64,000 nucleotides of DNA from Nitrospirota bacterium (GCA_963840455.1 CAWIYV010000007.1:224001-288000), one strand, 5' to 3'; positions 30,124-40,390 are shown, counted from the stretch's first letter. Program-made: numbers and translations. Notes: generated by a model from the sequence alone, not told the origin.

Positions 30124-30927
30124 ATGCTCAAGGAAAGCACGCAGCAAATCATCCGGGATTCTCTCGGACCGCTGAAGCAGCCGGTCAGGGTAGTGCTGTT
30201 CACAAGCGATACGGGCTGCGATATATGTCCGGACGCTATCCTTACTGCCCGCGCCATGAAGGCCGCATCGGCCAAGATCGCGCTAGAGACCTATGACATC
30301 GCCATGGACCGTGACAAGAGCGATGAATACGGCGTGAAGAGGGTCCCGACCTTTGCTGTTCAGGCGCAGGACGGGAGGATGATCAAGTTCAGCGGCACGC
30401 TGGAAGGGGTATCGCTCCTCCTTCTTTTAGATACCGTGCACAGCATCGCGGGAGCCCGGCCATGGTTTCCCGAGAAGATCCGCAGCACCCTCAAGATGCT
30501 CTCCCAGAAGATCCCGGTCCAGGTGCTCCTCGAGAATGACTGCGCCCTATGCAAACCCGTGGCAGAGACGGCGGTCGGCCTTGCACTGACGAACAAGCAC
30601 GTTTCGACGGAGGTCATCGTTGCCGACGATTATCCGGAACTGCTGTCGACGCTCAAGGTGAAGATCCTGCCGTTCACCGTCTTCGGCAAGCAGCTCACCC
30701 TGGAAGGCCATGTGAGCGAGAGCTCGTTCCTGGAGATGCTTTTCAGGGCAGAGGGGCAGAAGGCCGCAGGCCTGGACGTGCGGTGCGTTGTGTGCGGTCA
30801 GCCGTCGCCCGAACTTGTCTGCAGATCGTGCAAGACAAAGATCCAGGCGGAAGCGGTGGATCACAAACGGAAGGACGAAAAGCTCTCTGACCGGGGCAGC
30901 GCCATGGGGCCGCACAACCATGGGTGA
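30124..30927 (+). CDS. Protein disulfide oxidoreductase (two thioredoxin folds, AhpF-NTD/PDO-like) with C-terminal Cys4 ribbon
   Basis: CDIC and CALC motifs, YGVKRVPT; tail CVVC-x8-CRSC. Confidence 0.75.
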   Translation: MLKESTQQIIRDSLGPLKQPVRVVLFTSDTGCDICPDAILTARAMKAASAKIALETYDIAMDRDKSDEYGVKRVPTFAVQAQDGRMIKFSGTLEGVSLLLLLDTVHSIAGARPWFPEKIRSTLKMLSQKIPVQVLLENDCALCKPVAETAVGLALTNKHVSTEVIVADDYPELLSTLKVKILPFTVFGKQLTLEGHVSESSFLEMLFRAEGQKAAGLDVRCVVCGQPSPELVCRSCKTKIQAEAVDHKRKDEKLSDRGSAMGPHNHG

Positions 30928-30945
30928 ACTGGAGGACCGAATGCC

Positions 30946-31060
30946 GGATCCAGAAGCGAGCGCATTCTCGGTAGCTTGCTGCGGGATTGGCGAGCGATGA
31001 GCGTAATGATAATTCCTTGAGGATTGAAGATTCCCTGAAGCATGCTGAAGGGAGCTTCAA
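30946..31060 (-). repeat. Copy of the ~115-bp palindromic MITE-like element
   Basis: Reverse complement matches 34103-34216: cagggaatcttc.atcctca.gg, atcgctcg, cccgcagcaagct, gaatgcgctcgct.ctggat. Confidence 0.8.
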
Positions 31061-31081
31061 TGACCGACCGGAGCGCATATC

Positions 31082-32092
31082 ATGAAACAGGCGATGTTCC
31101 AGGAGCCCAAAGAGGGGAACAAGGTCCTGTGCGGTCTTTGTTCCCACCGCTGTCTGATCGCACCAGGCCACCGCGGCATTTGCGCGGTCCGCGAGAACCG
31201 CGACGGGACACTGGTCAGCCTTGTCTATGACCGGATCATCGCCCGGAACATCGACCCCATCGAAAAGAAGCCGCTCTTCCATTTTCTTCCCGGGAGCCTG
31301 TCCTTTTCTATTGCCACGCCGGGATGCAATTTTCGCTGCAAACACTGCCAGAACGCCGACATCTCGCAGCTCCCCCGCGACCGGGGGGGCGTGGTCCCGG
31401 GCGAGCCCGTGACGCCCGCAGAGATTGTGGCATCCGCCCTGCGGTACCGCTGTGCCAGCATCTCCTATACGTACACCGAACCAACCATCTTCTTCGAACT
31501 GGCCTATGACACGGCGAAGCTGGCCCGTGAGAAGGGCCTCAAGAACGTCTTTGTGACGAACGGCTACATCACGCCCGAGGCGCTGCGGGAGATCCGCCCT
31601 TACCTCGATGCGGCGAACATCGACCTGAAGGGATATACGGACGATTTTTACAAGAGTGTCTGCGGCGCCCGGCTGCAGCCCGTGCTGGACTCGATCCGGC
31701 TGTACCATGAGCTGGGCATCTGGATCGAGATCACGACGCTCGTCATTCCGGGCCATAACGATGGTGACGCAGAGCTCGGCCAGATCGCTGCATTCGTCCG
31801 ATCCGTTGGCGCGGAGATCCCCTGGCACGTGACACGTTTTCATCCGACCTACAAACTGACGGATCAGCCGCCTACGCCGCTCGGAACACTGAAACGGGCC
31901 CGACAAATCGGTCTCGATGCCGGGCTCCGGTACGTATACGAAGGGAACATCCCTGGCGAGGGAGAAGAAACGCTCTGCTGGACCTGCCGGAAGTCGCTGG
32001 TGAAGCGCTTCGGATTCTCGGTGGAGGAGAACCACGTCAAGCACGGGAAGTGCGTGGACTGCGGTGCGAAGATCGATGGTGTGTGGGAATAA
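31082..32092 (+). CDS. amrS: AmmeMemoRadiSam system radical SAM enzyme
   Basis: CGLCSHRC, DPIEKKPLFHFLPG, GCNFRCKHCQN, YTYTEP, WHVTRFHP and YVYEGN motifs. Confidence 0.92.
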   Translation: MKQAMFQEPKEGNKVLCGLCSHRCLIAPGHRGICAVRENRDGTLVSLVYDRIIARNIDPIEKKPLFHFLPGSLSFSIATPGCNFRCKHCQNADISQLPRDRGGVVPGEPVTPAEIVASALRYRCASISYTYTEPTIFFELAYDTAKLAREKGLKNVFVTNGYITPEALREIRPYLDAANIDLKGYTDDFYKSVCGARLQPVLDSIRLYHELGIWIEITTLVIPGHNDGDAELGQIAAFVRSVGAEIPWHVTRFHPTYKLTDQPPTPLGTLKRARQIGLDAGLRYVYEGNIPGEGEETLCWTCRKSLVKRFGFSVEENHVKHGKCVDCGAKIDGVWE

Positions 32093-32112
32093 CGGCAGGG
32101 GTCAGGGAAAGA

Positions 32113-32544
32113 ATGGGAAAAGATATATTGAGGTCCAGCTTCGAGACCTTTGAACATGAAGCGGACATCGGCATCCGCGGCTTCGGGACTACGCTGGAGG
32201 AGGCGTTCGCGAATGCAGCGGCTGCGCTCTATTCGGTGATGGTGGACATCATCTGTGTTGACCAGAAAGAGTTCCGCGGCGTGAATGTGTCGGCAGACGA
32301 CCAGGAGCAGCTGCTGGTGGAGTGGTTGAACGCGCTTCTCGCGGTCTCCGATATCGAACGCATGGTCTTCTCGAAGTTCGAGGTCAGGATCGAGGGGAAC
32401 CGGCTTGCGGGAACAGCCTGGGGAGAGCACCTTGACCGGACCAGACATCATGCCCACGTGGAGGTCAAAGGCGCGACCTATCATATGCTGGGCATCCGGC
32501 AGGAGAACGGGCGGTTCGTGGCACAGTGCGTAGTGGATGTGTGA
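32113..32544 (+). CDS. Archease
   Basis: FEHEADIGIRGFG, LLVEWLNALL, EVKGATYH, terminal VDV. Confidence 0.92.
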   Translation: MGKDILRSSFETFEHEADIGIRGFGTTLEEAFANAAAALYSVMVDIICVDQKEFRGVNVSADDQEQLLVEWLNALLAVSDIERMVFSKFEVRIEGNRLAGTAWGEHLDRTRHHAHVEVKGATYHMLGIRQENGRFVAQCVVDV

Positions 32545-32664
32545 GAAGTAAAAGTCAGGAGATGAGAGTCAGAATACAGAAGAGGGTGGAAAGAAGACGG
32601 CATGCCCTGTTCTTTTCTCCTCACTCCTGACTTCTGGTTTCTGATCCCTGCTGTCGAGAGTCCT

Positions 32665-34095
32665 ATGGACCCGAGATCGTTCGAAAAGGTCAACGATTAT
32701 TGCTGGGAGATCCCCCGGGCCGGGGACATGAATGTGCCGGGACGGATCTTCGCGAGCGAGAAGCTGATCACCGAGATGGACGAGAAGGTGCGCGAGCAAG
32801 TGAGGAACGTCGCATGCCTTCCCGGCATCCAGGCAGCCTCGATGGCCATGCCTGACGCGCACTGGGGCTATGGTTTTTCCATCGGCGGTGTGGCAGCCTT
32901 CGATCCCGACGAGGGTGGCATCATCTCCATGGGCGGCGTGGGGTTCGACATATCCTGCGGCGTACGCACCATGAAGACCGGCCTGATAAAGGACGAGGTC
33001 CTGCCCCGGCTCGAACGGCTGGTGGACCAGTTCTACAGCCGCGTTCCCGCAGGTGTCGGGTCGGAAGGGCTCATCAAGCTCAATACCTCCCAGATCGACG
33101 ACATGCTCCTGGGCGGCGCCGAGTGGGCGGTGAAAAAAGGCTATGGTGTGAAGGAGGACCTGGCGTATATCGAGGAGCGCGGCAGGGTGGACGGCGCGGA
33201 CCCCGCGCAGGTCTCGGCTACGGCAAAGAAGCGGCAGGAGCGCGAGATGGGCACCCTCGGCTCGGGCAATCACTATCTCGAAGTTCAGGTCGTTGACGAA
33301 ATCTATGACGCTCAAGCGGCTCAGGCCATGGGGCTCCGGAAAGACGGCGTGGTCATCTCGGTGCACTGCGGCTCCCGCGGACTGGGGCATCAGATCGGCA
33401 CCGATTATCTCAGGAGCCTCGCCAACGCTGCGCAGCGGTTCAAGCTGCCGATCAAGGACCGCGAACTCGCCTCGGCGCCCATCACGTCGCCCGAGGGGAA
33501 GGCCTATTTCGGCGCCATGAGCGCGGGCATCAATTGCGCTCTGGCGAACCGGCAGATCATCACGCACCTGGTACGGGAGATCTTCACCGGTGTCTTTCCT
33601 GAAGGACGCCTTACCATGCTCTACGACATCAGCCATAACACGTGCAAGGTCGAGTCGCACGTCGTGAAAGGGAAAAAGAAACGTCTCTTCGTGCACCGCA
33701 AGGGCGCCACGCGCGCTTTCGGGCCGGGTGAGATCGACCTGCCGCAGGAATACCGGCACGCGGGACAGCCGGTGCTGATCGGGGGGACCATGGGAACGTC
33801 GTCGTATATCCTCATCGGCACGGAGGAGGGGATGCGGGTGGCCTTCGGTTCGGCCTGCCACGGAGCGGGCAGGTCCATGTCGCGTACACAGGCGAAAAAA
33901 CAATGGCAGGGCAGGGACGTCGTGCGGTCGCTCGAAGGTCAAGGCATCCTGGTTCGGGGCCATTCCTACTCCGGTATTGCCGAGGAGGCGCCGGGGTCCT
34001 ACAAGGACGTGACCGAAGTCGTGGATTCCGCACACCACGCGAACCTGGCGCGGAAAGTGGCGCGCGTAAGGCCGCTGGCCTGCGTCAAGGGATAA
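32665..34095 (+). CDS. rtcB: RtcB RNA ligase (archaeal/eukaryotic-like long type)
   Basis: MPDAHWGYGF, GFDISCG, GTLGSGNHYLE, HCGSRG, HNT, HRKGAT, SACHGAGR and EEAPGSYKDV motifs. Confidence 0.95.
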   Translation: MDPRSFEKVNDYCWEIPRAGDMNVPGRIFASEKLITEMDEKVREQVRNVACLPGIQAASMAMPDAHWGYGFSIGGVAAFDPDEGGIISMGGVGFDISCGVRTMKTGLIKDEVLPRLERLVDQFYSRVPAGVGSEGLIKLNTSQIDDMLLGGAEWAVKKGYGVKEDLAYIEERGRVDGADPAQVSATAKKRQEREMGTLGSGNHYLEVQVVDEIYDAQAAQAMGLRKDGVVISVHCGSRGLGHQIGTDYLRSLANAAQRFKLPIKDRELASAPITSPEGKAYFGAMSAGINCALANRQIITHLVREIFTGVFPEGRLTMLYDISHNTCKVESHVVKGKKKRLFVHRKGATRAFGPGEIDLPQEYRHAGQPVLIGGTMGTSSYILIGTEEGMRVAFGSACHGAGRSMSRTQAKKQWQGRDVVRSLEGQGILVRGHSYSGIAEEAPGSYKDVTEVVDSAHHANLARKVARVRPLACVKG

Positions 34096-34102
34096 AAGGA
34101 CA

Positions 34103-34328
34103 TTGATGCTCCCTCCAGCAAGCTGCAGGGAATCTTCGATCCTCAGGGCATTATGTTTATTCTAATCGCTCGTTAACCCCGCAGCAAGCTGCGGGGAATG
34201 CGCTCGCTCCTGGATTTAAGCTCCCTGAAAATTACTCCATGGAGCTTCGATCCTCAGGGCATTTTGTTTATTCTAATCGCTCGCTAGCCACGCAACAACT
34301 GCGGGGAATGCGCTCGCTCCTGGATTCA
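34103..34328 (+). repeat. Tandem pair of the ~115-bp palindromic MITE-like element
   Basis: Two direct copies sharing cttcgatcctcagggcatt.tgtttattctaatcgctcg and ctgcggggaatgcgctcgctcctggatt; internal hairpin ccccgcagc-aa-gctgcgggg. Confidence 0.85.
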
Positions 34329-34350
34329 GTATGCATGGGAAAGGTCGTGC

Positions 34351-35178
34351 ATGAACAAAAGGTTCCTTGTCGTTGCAGCGGTCGTACTCATCATCGTAGC
34401 CATTTCGCTCGTCCAGTATCTCAGGCATGAACGGGATGACGGAACGCTCCTGCTCTCGGGCACCGTCGAAGTGACCGAGGTGAACCTCGGGTTCAAGGCT
34501 GCGGGGAGGTTGTCCGCGCTGGTCGTCGACGAAGGTCAGCGCGTGATGAGGGGTGACCGCCTTGCAGAGCTGGACAGCGCTGAAATGAAGAACATCGTGG
34601 CGCAGAACAGGGCGGCGGTGGAGGTTGTCGAGGCCGAACAGGAACGGTCGCGCAAGGACTATGAACGAGCCGTTGCGCTCGTCGAGAAGGAGGTCATCCC
34701 TCCCCAGCAGCTGGACGCGGCGAAAAAGTCCTATGACGCCGCGATAGCGCAGCTCCGACAGACCCGTGCCGCCCTCGCGGCATCCCAGGACCGCTTGCGG
34801 GACATGGTCATCACGGCGCCGGTATCAGGCGTGGTCCTGCGCAAGAATTCTGAGGCTGGTGAGACCGTCGCGGCTGGTGCAGCCGTCTACACCCTCGGGG
34901 ACCTGGAAAACCCGTGGATTAGGGTCTATGTGAAGGAAGATAAGCTGGGCCTCGTGAAGCTCGGCCAGAAGGCAGAGGTCATGACGGATTCCTTCCCGAA
35001 AAAAACCTACCTTGGTATAGTGACCATGATCTCATCAGAGGCCGAGTTCACTCCGAAGAACGTTCAGACCCAGGAAGAACGGGTCAAACTCGTCTTTGCC
35101 TTGAAGGTGAGTGTTAAGAACGAGAACGAGGAGCTTAAACCTGGCATGCCTGCAGATGTAAAGATAATCCTGAGGTAA
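34351..35178 (+). CDS. HlyD/YbhG-like membrane fusion protein
   Basis: N-terminal TM; LSGTVE, APVSGVV, EAEFTPKNVQT and LKPGMPAD motifs. Confidence 0.9.
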   Translation: MNKRFLVVAAVVLIIVAISLVQYLRHERDDGTLLLSGTVEVTEVNLGFKAAGRLSALVVDEGQRVMRGDRLAELDSAEMKNIVAQNRAAVEVVEAEQERSRKDYERAVALVEKEVIPPQQLDAAKKSYDAAIAQLRQTRAALAASQDRLRDMVITAPVSGVVLRKNSEAGETVAAGAAVYTLGDLENPWIRVYVKEDKLGLVKLGQKAEVMTDSFPKKTYLGIVTMISSEAEFTPKNVQTQEERVKLVFALKVSVKNENEELKPGMPADVKIILR

Positions 35179-35256
35179 TAAAATTGGTTATTTAAAACAT
35201 AAAAATGCCATAAATTTAATATGATAGGATCTTTAAGTTAATCCATTGGCTATGAT

Positions 35257-36177
35257 ATGTCTCTCTCCCCGGTAATCGTCGCCACCCATCTTTCGCGTTC
35301 CTTTGGTACCGTTCATGCCGTCAGTGATCTCGACCTTTCCATCAATAAAGGCGAGATGTACGGCCTTGTCGGTCCTGATGGTGCCGGAAAGACCACGACC
35401 ATGCGGCTTCTGACCGGCATCATGACACCGACCTCCGGAGAGGCATGGGTAGGCGGATATTCGGTCCTGTCCGACGCGGAGCAGATCAAGGATAAGATCG
35501 GCTACATGTCGCAGCGGTTCGGATTGTATGAGGACCTGACGGTGATGGAGAACATCCTTTTCTATGCCGATATTTATGAGGTAGCTCAACGGGAACGGCA
35601 GGTCCGGATCGAACGGCTTCTTGGTTTCAGCAACCTCACGCCTTTTGTGGACCGGCTTGCCGGAAAGCTGTCGGGTGGGATGAAGCAGAAACTGGGCCTT
35701 GCCTGCGCCCTGGTCCATACTCCCGAGATTCTGTTCCTCGATGAGCCGACGAACGGTGTTGACCCGGTTTCCCGGAGGGACTTCTGGCGCATCCTGTACG
35801 ATCTCCTGCGCGAGGGGGTCACGATCTTCCTTTCCACTTCCTATCTTGATGAGGCCGAGCGGTGTGCGAGGATAGGGCTCATGCACAAGGGGAAGGTCAT
35901 CATCGAGGACCAGCCGAAGAACGTGAGGAACTCCCTCGCTCTGCCCATGGTGGAGGTCTGGACCGACCAGGCGAGGGCGGCCGGCGAGATTGCCAAGGCC
36001 GTTCACGGCGTGACCAGCGTCAGCGTTTATGGGGACCGGCTCCATATTGGTCTTGAAGGGAAGGATCATGCGGCCGGCGTGCTCAGTAGGCTGGCGCAAG
36101 AAGGCATTTCGATCCAGGACCACCGGGACATCCTGCCTTCCCTTGAGGATGTGTTCATCGCGATGGTGGAACGATGA
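35257..36177 (+). CDS. ABC transporter ATP-binding protein (YbhF N-half-like)
   Basis: GPDGAGKTT, LSGGMKQKL, LDEPT. Confidence 0.92.
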   Translation: MSLSPVIVATHLSRSFGTVHAVSDLDLSINKGEMYGLVGPDGAGKTTTMRLLTGIMTPTSGEAWVGGYSVLSDAEQIKDKIGYMSQRFGLYEDLTVMENILFYADIYEVAQRERQVRIERLLGFSNLTPFVDRLAGKLSGGMKQKLGLACALVHTPEILFLDEPTNGVDPVSRRDFWRILYDLLREGVTIFLSTSYLDEAERCARIGLMHKGKVIIEDQPKNVRNSLALPMVEVWTDQARAAGEIAKAVHGVTSVSVYGDRLHIGLEGKDHAAGVLSRLAQEGISIQDHRDILPSLEDVFIAMVER

Positions 36178-36200
36178 TGCAGGACCGGGGGTCAAGGGGC

Positions 36201-37145
36201 ATGGAGAACAACGAACCAGCAGCGCCTAATGGCATCGCCGTCAATGTCCGGGGCTTGACCCGCACCTTCGGCGACTTCACGGCCGTTGACCATATCGACC
36301 TCGAGGTCGCCAAGGGTGAAATATTCGGGTTTCTCGGACCGAACGGCGCGGGCAAGTCCACGACCATCCGCATGCTCTGCGGACTTCTCCTCCCCACCGG
36401 AGGGGAGGGCACGGTAGGCGGCTACGACATCATCACGCGGTCCGAGGAGATCAAGAAGAGCATCGGGTACATGTCCCAGCGGTTCTCGCTCTACGAGGAC
36501 CTCACGGTGGAGGAGAATATCGATTTTTTCAGCGGCATCTACAACGTCCCGCAGGCCAGGAAACAGGCCCGGAAACAATGGGCACTGGACATGGCAGGGC
36601 TCGGCGACAGCCGGGACACCCTGACCAGGACCCTCCCGGGAGGCTATAAACAGCGCCTGGCACTGGGTTGCGCCATACTCCACGAGCCGTCGATCCTGTT
36701 TCTGGACGAGCCGACCTCGGGCGTCGACCCGGTGTCCCGCCGCGGTTTCTGGAGCCTCATCTACGAGATGTCCAAGGCCGGGACCACGGTCTTCGTCACG
36801 ACCCACTATATGGACGAGGCGGATTACTGCGACCGGCTCGCGCTGATCTATCGCGGAGCGATCATTGCCGAGGGAACGCCCGGCGAACTGCGGCAGAAGC
36901 ATATGAAGCGTGACGTCATTGAGATCGAGACGGAGCATGCGGTGACAGCCATGGAGGCGCTGAGCCGTCAGGGTGTCGAAACGGCGATCTTTGGGAGCGT
37001 TCTTCATGCAACGGTAGGGTCTGCCGAGAAGGACATCCCCCGTCTCAGAGGACTGTTGAAGGAAGGGCATATCGTCGTCTATCGTATGGAAAAGATCATA
37101 CCCTCCCTGGAAGATGTGTTTGTGACGCTGATAGAACAGTCATAA
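36201..37145 (+). CDS. ABC transporter ATP-binding protein (YbhF C-half-like)
   Basis: GPNGAGKST, LPGGYKQRL, LDEPT, TTHYMDEA. Start may be 36174. Confidence 0.9.
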   Translation: MENNEPAAPNGIAVNVRGLTRTFGDFTAVDHIDLEVAKGEIFGFLGPNGAGKSTTIRMLCGLLLPTGGEGTVGGYDIITRSEEIKKSIGYMSQRFSLYEDLTVEENIDFFSGIYNVPQARKQARKQWALDMAGLGDSRDTLTRTLPGGYKQRLALGCAILHEPSILFLDEPTSGVDPVSRRGFWSLIYEMSKAGTTVFVTTHYMDEADYCDRLALIYRGAIIAEGTPGELRQKHMKRDVIEIETEHAVTAMEALSRQGVETAIFGSVLHATVGSAEKDIPRLRGLLKEGHIVVYRMEKIIPSLEDVFVTLIEQS

Positions 37146-37258
37146 GGCAGTCGAGGGGCAGTCAAGAAACGGTCAAAAAGCACTCGAGTAGCATTCGGCG
37201 GTTGACTGCACGATGACTGTTTCATGACGGCATTATTACCGCATCATGACGAGGTCTT

Positions 37259-38368
37259 ATGAAATTCATCCGCATCAAGGCCATCGCGAAAAAAGAGATG
37301 CTCCAGATCGTCCGGGACCCCCTGAGCCTTGCCATGGGGTTCCTGATGCCGGTGCTGCTCCTGTTCATCTTCGGATACGCCATCTCGCTCGACGTTGACA
37401 ATATCAGGACCATCGTCCACGACCTGGACCGGAGCAGCCTGAGCCGACAGCTCATTGCGGACCTGACGGCATCGGGATATTTCAAGGTCGTGCGGTATGC
37501 GGAGCATCAACGGGAGATCGAGGATTCTCTGGATTCCGGCTCGGCGCGGGTGGGATTGACGGTCCCCGTTGATTTCTCCCGGGACATCCGTGCGGGGAGG
37601 ACCGCCCGGCTCCAGGTGATCGCGGATGGGAGCGATTCCAATACGGCGACCATTGCCCTCGGCTATATCGCAGCGCTTTCGGAGATCTATGCACAGCGCA
37701 TCAGCGGGGTCTCCCGCAAGCCGCTCATCGAGACCCGCTCGCGGGTCTGGTACAACCCGGAGCTGAAGTCGCGGAATTTCATCGTTCCCGGCCTTATTGC
37801 CGTCATCATGATGGTGATCGCCGCGCTGCTTACCTCGCTCTGCATCGCCCGGGAATGGGAACGGGGCACCATGGAGCAGCTGATCGCGACGCCCGTCACA
37901 ACACCCGAGCTCATCCTGGGGAAGATGGCACCCTATTTCCTCATCGGGTTCATCGACATGGCGCTTTCCATCACCATGGCCACCATGCTGTTCGAGGTGC
38001 CGTTCAAGGGGAGCCTGGTCCTTCTGGGTGTCATTTCCTCGGTCTTCCTGTTCGGCGGGCTCAGCTTCGGCATCATCATCTCCATTTTGACCAAGTCCCA
38101 GCTGGTCTCGAGCCAGATCTCGGTGGTCGCAACGTACCTCCCGGCCTTCCTCCTGTCGGGGTTCATGTTCTCGATCTCCAATATGGAGAAGCCGCTCCAG
38201 GTCCTGACCCGCATCGTCCCGGCCCGGTATTTCGTGGCAATTCTGAAAGGCCTCTTTCTCAAGGGCAGCACCGTGCGGTTCCTGATCGTCGACGCGGTCT
38301 TCCTGCTGATCTTCGCGATCGTCACGTTTGCTGTCGCGAACCGGAAATTCGTAAAGAGGATAGGGTAG
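37259..38368 (+). CDS. ABC-2 type permease (YbhS-like)
   Basis: KKEMLQIVRD, DGSDSN, WYNPEL and REWERGTMEQL motifs. Confidence 0.9.
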   Translation: MKFIRIKAIAKKEMLQIVRDPLSLAMGFLMPVLLLFIFGYAISLDVDNIRTIVHDLDRSSLSRQLIADLTASGYFKVVRYAEHQREIEDSLDSGSARVGLTVPVDFSRDIRAGRTARLQVIADGSDSNTATIALGYIAALSEIYAQRISGVSRKPLIETRSRVWYNPELKSRNFIVPGLIAVIMMVIAALLTSLCIAREWERGTMEQLIATPVTTPELILGKMAPYFLIGFIDMALSITMATMLFEVPFKGSLVLLGVISSVFLFGGLSFGIIISILTKSQLVSSQISVVATYLPAFLLSGFMFSISNMEKPLQVLTRIVPARYFVAILKGLFLKGSTVRFLIVDAVFLLIFAIVTFAVANRKFVKRIG

Positions 38369-38438
38369 AAGAAAGCGGATGCGGAGACAGGGGGACAAGG
38401 GGACGGGAACACACGACAAAGGCGAAAAACACGAGACC

Positions 38439-39557
38439 ATGCAGAACAGCATTGAACGCATACGGCAGATGGTGATCAAGGAGTTCATCCAGATCTTCCG
38501 CGACAAACGGATGAAGGCCATCGTCTTTGTCATCCCGCTGCTCCAGACCATGGTGTTCGGCTACGCCGTCACCATGGACGTGAACAACATACCGACCGCT
38601 GTGTACGACCTGGACCGCTCGTATGAGAGCCGGGAGCTCGTGCGAAGGCTCACGGCGTCGAGCTACTTCGATATCCTATACGCTCCGGGATCGCCGGCCG
38701 AGATCAGGGACCTCCTTGACCGGTCCCGGGTCACGGTGGCTATTCAGATCGACCGCGGGTTCTCAGCGGACCTGAACAGGCATATTCCCACGACGGTCCA
38801 GATGCTCGTGGACGGAACGGACTCGAACACCGGGATCGTCGCCCTGGACTACGCGAACCGCATCATCCTGAAATACGCGCGCGACCTGGCCCCGGCCGGG
38901 GCGTCGCTGCCCGTCAGGATCGATCTGCGTCAAAGGGCATGGTACAATCCCGAGCTCAAGAGCAAGAATTACAATGTTCCCGGTGTCATTGCCATGGTGA
39001 TCATGCTCACGTCGCTCCTCCTCACGTCCATGGCGGTGGTGCGCGAGCGGGAGATCGGGACCATGGAACAGCTCATGGTCACCCCACTCCGGCCCGGGGA
39101 GCTTATTCTGGGGAAGACCATCCCCTTTGCCATCATCGCGTTCTTCGACATGGCGCTGGTCACGGTCTTTGGCGTCCTGGTGTTCGATATCCCCATCCAC
39201 GGCTCGCTCGTTCTGCTCCCGCTGTCAACGGCGATCTACCTCCTGTCCATCCTGGGCATCGGACTAGTGATCTCCACCGTCGCGAAGACCCAGCAACAGG
39301 CGCTCATGTCCACGTTCCTGTTCTATATGCCCGCGGTACTTTTATCTGGGTTCATGTTCCCGATCGAGAACATGCCGGACATCTTCCAGTATATGACGTA
39401 CTTGAACCCGCTCCGGTACTTCCTGGTCATCATCCGCGGCCTGTTCCTGAAAGGGAACGGCCTCGCGATCCTCTGGCCGCAGATGGCGGCGCTGCTGATG
39501 ATCGGTATCGTCGTGATCACTTATAGCACGCTCCGCTTCAGGAAGCGGCTCGGGTAA
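38439..39557 (+). CDS. ABC-2 type permease (YbhR-like)
   Basis: KEFIQIFRD, WYNPEL, REREIGTMEQL and NPLRYF motifs. Confidence 0.9.
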   Translation: MQNSIERIRQMVIKEFIQIFRDKRMKAIVFVIPLLQTMVFGYAVTMDVNNIPTAVYDLDRSYESRELVRRLTASSYFDILYAPGSPAEIRDLLDRSRVTVAIQIDRGFSADLNRHIPTTVQMLVDGTDSNTGIVALDYANRIILKYARDLAPAGASLPVRIDLRQRAWYNPELKSKNYNVPGVIAMVIMLTSLLLTSMAVVREREIGTMEQLMVTPLRPGELILGKTIPFAIIAFFDMALVTVFGVLVFDIPIHGSLVLLPLSTAIYLLSILGIGLVISTVAKTQQQALMSTFLFYMPAVLLSGFMFPIENMPDIFQYMTYLNPLRYFLVIIRGLFLKGNGLAILWPQMAALLMIGIVVITYSTLRFRKRLG

Positions 39558-39679
39558 AAGACCGCGCCTGTTCGTGATGCTCCGATCTTCGTGAAATATG
39601 GTATAGTTTGATTATTCTCCCTATAGCATTCTTCCCTAACCATTCCATAGAATAAATTGAGTTACCAAGGAGGTGCAGA

Positions 39680-40381
39680 ATGTCGAAGAAGACTGCATTC
39701 TGGATTTTTCTTATCGGGACAGTATCCTCAGCGATAGTTTTCCTCGGGCTTACCTGGGATACCAATCGCCAGATGGCCGCTCTGTCCCACGTGGATAAGC
39801 TGTCGACCCAGGTGGTCGAAGGGAAGCGGGTCTTTGAGAAGTACAACTGCAACGATTGCCACACGATCCTGGGTTTCGGAGGGTACTACGCCCCTGACCT
39901 GACCAAGGTAGTCCAGCGGATCGGCGAAGACGGCATCCGGTACCGGGTGAAAAGCCCGGAAAAGGCTTTCGCCAATTCCACGCGGAAGATGCCGAACCTA
40001 AAGGTCACGGACGCGGAGATAGAAAGCCTCGTGGCTTTTTTCACCTGGATCGGTAACGTGGACAACGGCGACTGGCCCCCCCAGGACAGCAAGAAGCGGC
40101 TCTCGCGGGGTGAGGAGCGGATGGTAGCCGGTGCCGGCGTGTCGCCGGGCGCGGCCGTGTTCCAGACGCGGGGATGTATGAACTGCCACACCCTTCACGG
40201 GACCGGCGGGACTTTTGGTCCGGTTCTGGACACGATCGGGCGGAAGCTGAACCAGGGGCAGATCGAGCATTATGTCAGAAATCCCAAGTCCGTGAATCCC
40301 AAGGCCATGATGCCGGCACAGAAGGAACTTTCGGACAAGGAACTGGAATCCGTGGCCGCGTTCCTGGCCAATCTTAAATAG
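39680..40381 (+). CDS. norC: Nitric oxide reductase cytochrome c subunit, diheme (copy 1)
   Basis: N-terminal TM; CNDCHTILGFGGYYAPDLT..KMP; second domain CMNCH..GP.L...MMP. Confidence 0.88.
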   Translation: MSKKTAFWIFLIGTVSSAIVFLGLTWDTNRQMAALSHVDKLSTQVVEGKRVFEKYNCNDCHTILGFGGYYAPDLTKVVQRIGEDGIRYRVKSPEKAFANSTRKMPNLKVTDAEIESLVAFFTWIGNVDNGDWPPQDSKKRLSRGEERMVAGAGVSPGAAVFQTRGCMNCHTLHGTGGTFGPVLDTIGRKLNQGQIEHYVRNPKSVNPKAMMPAQKELSDKELESVAAFLANLK

Positions 40382-40390
40382 GAGGCTGAC

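Noticed and set aside
34103-34328. CRISPR array
   Set aside because: Two contiguous ~113-bp units without unique spacers; no cas genes in the window.
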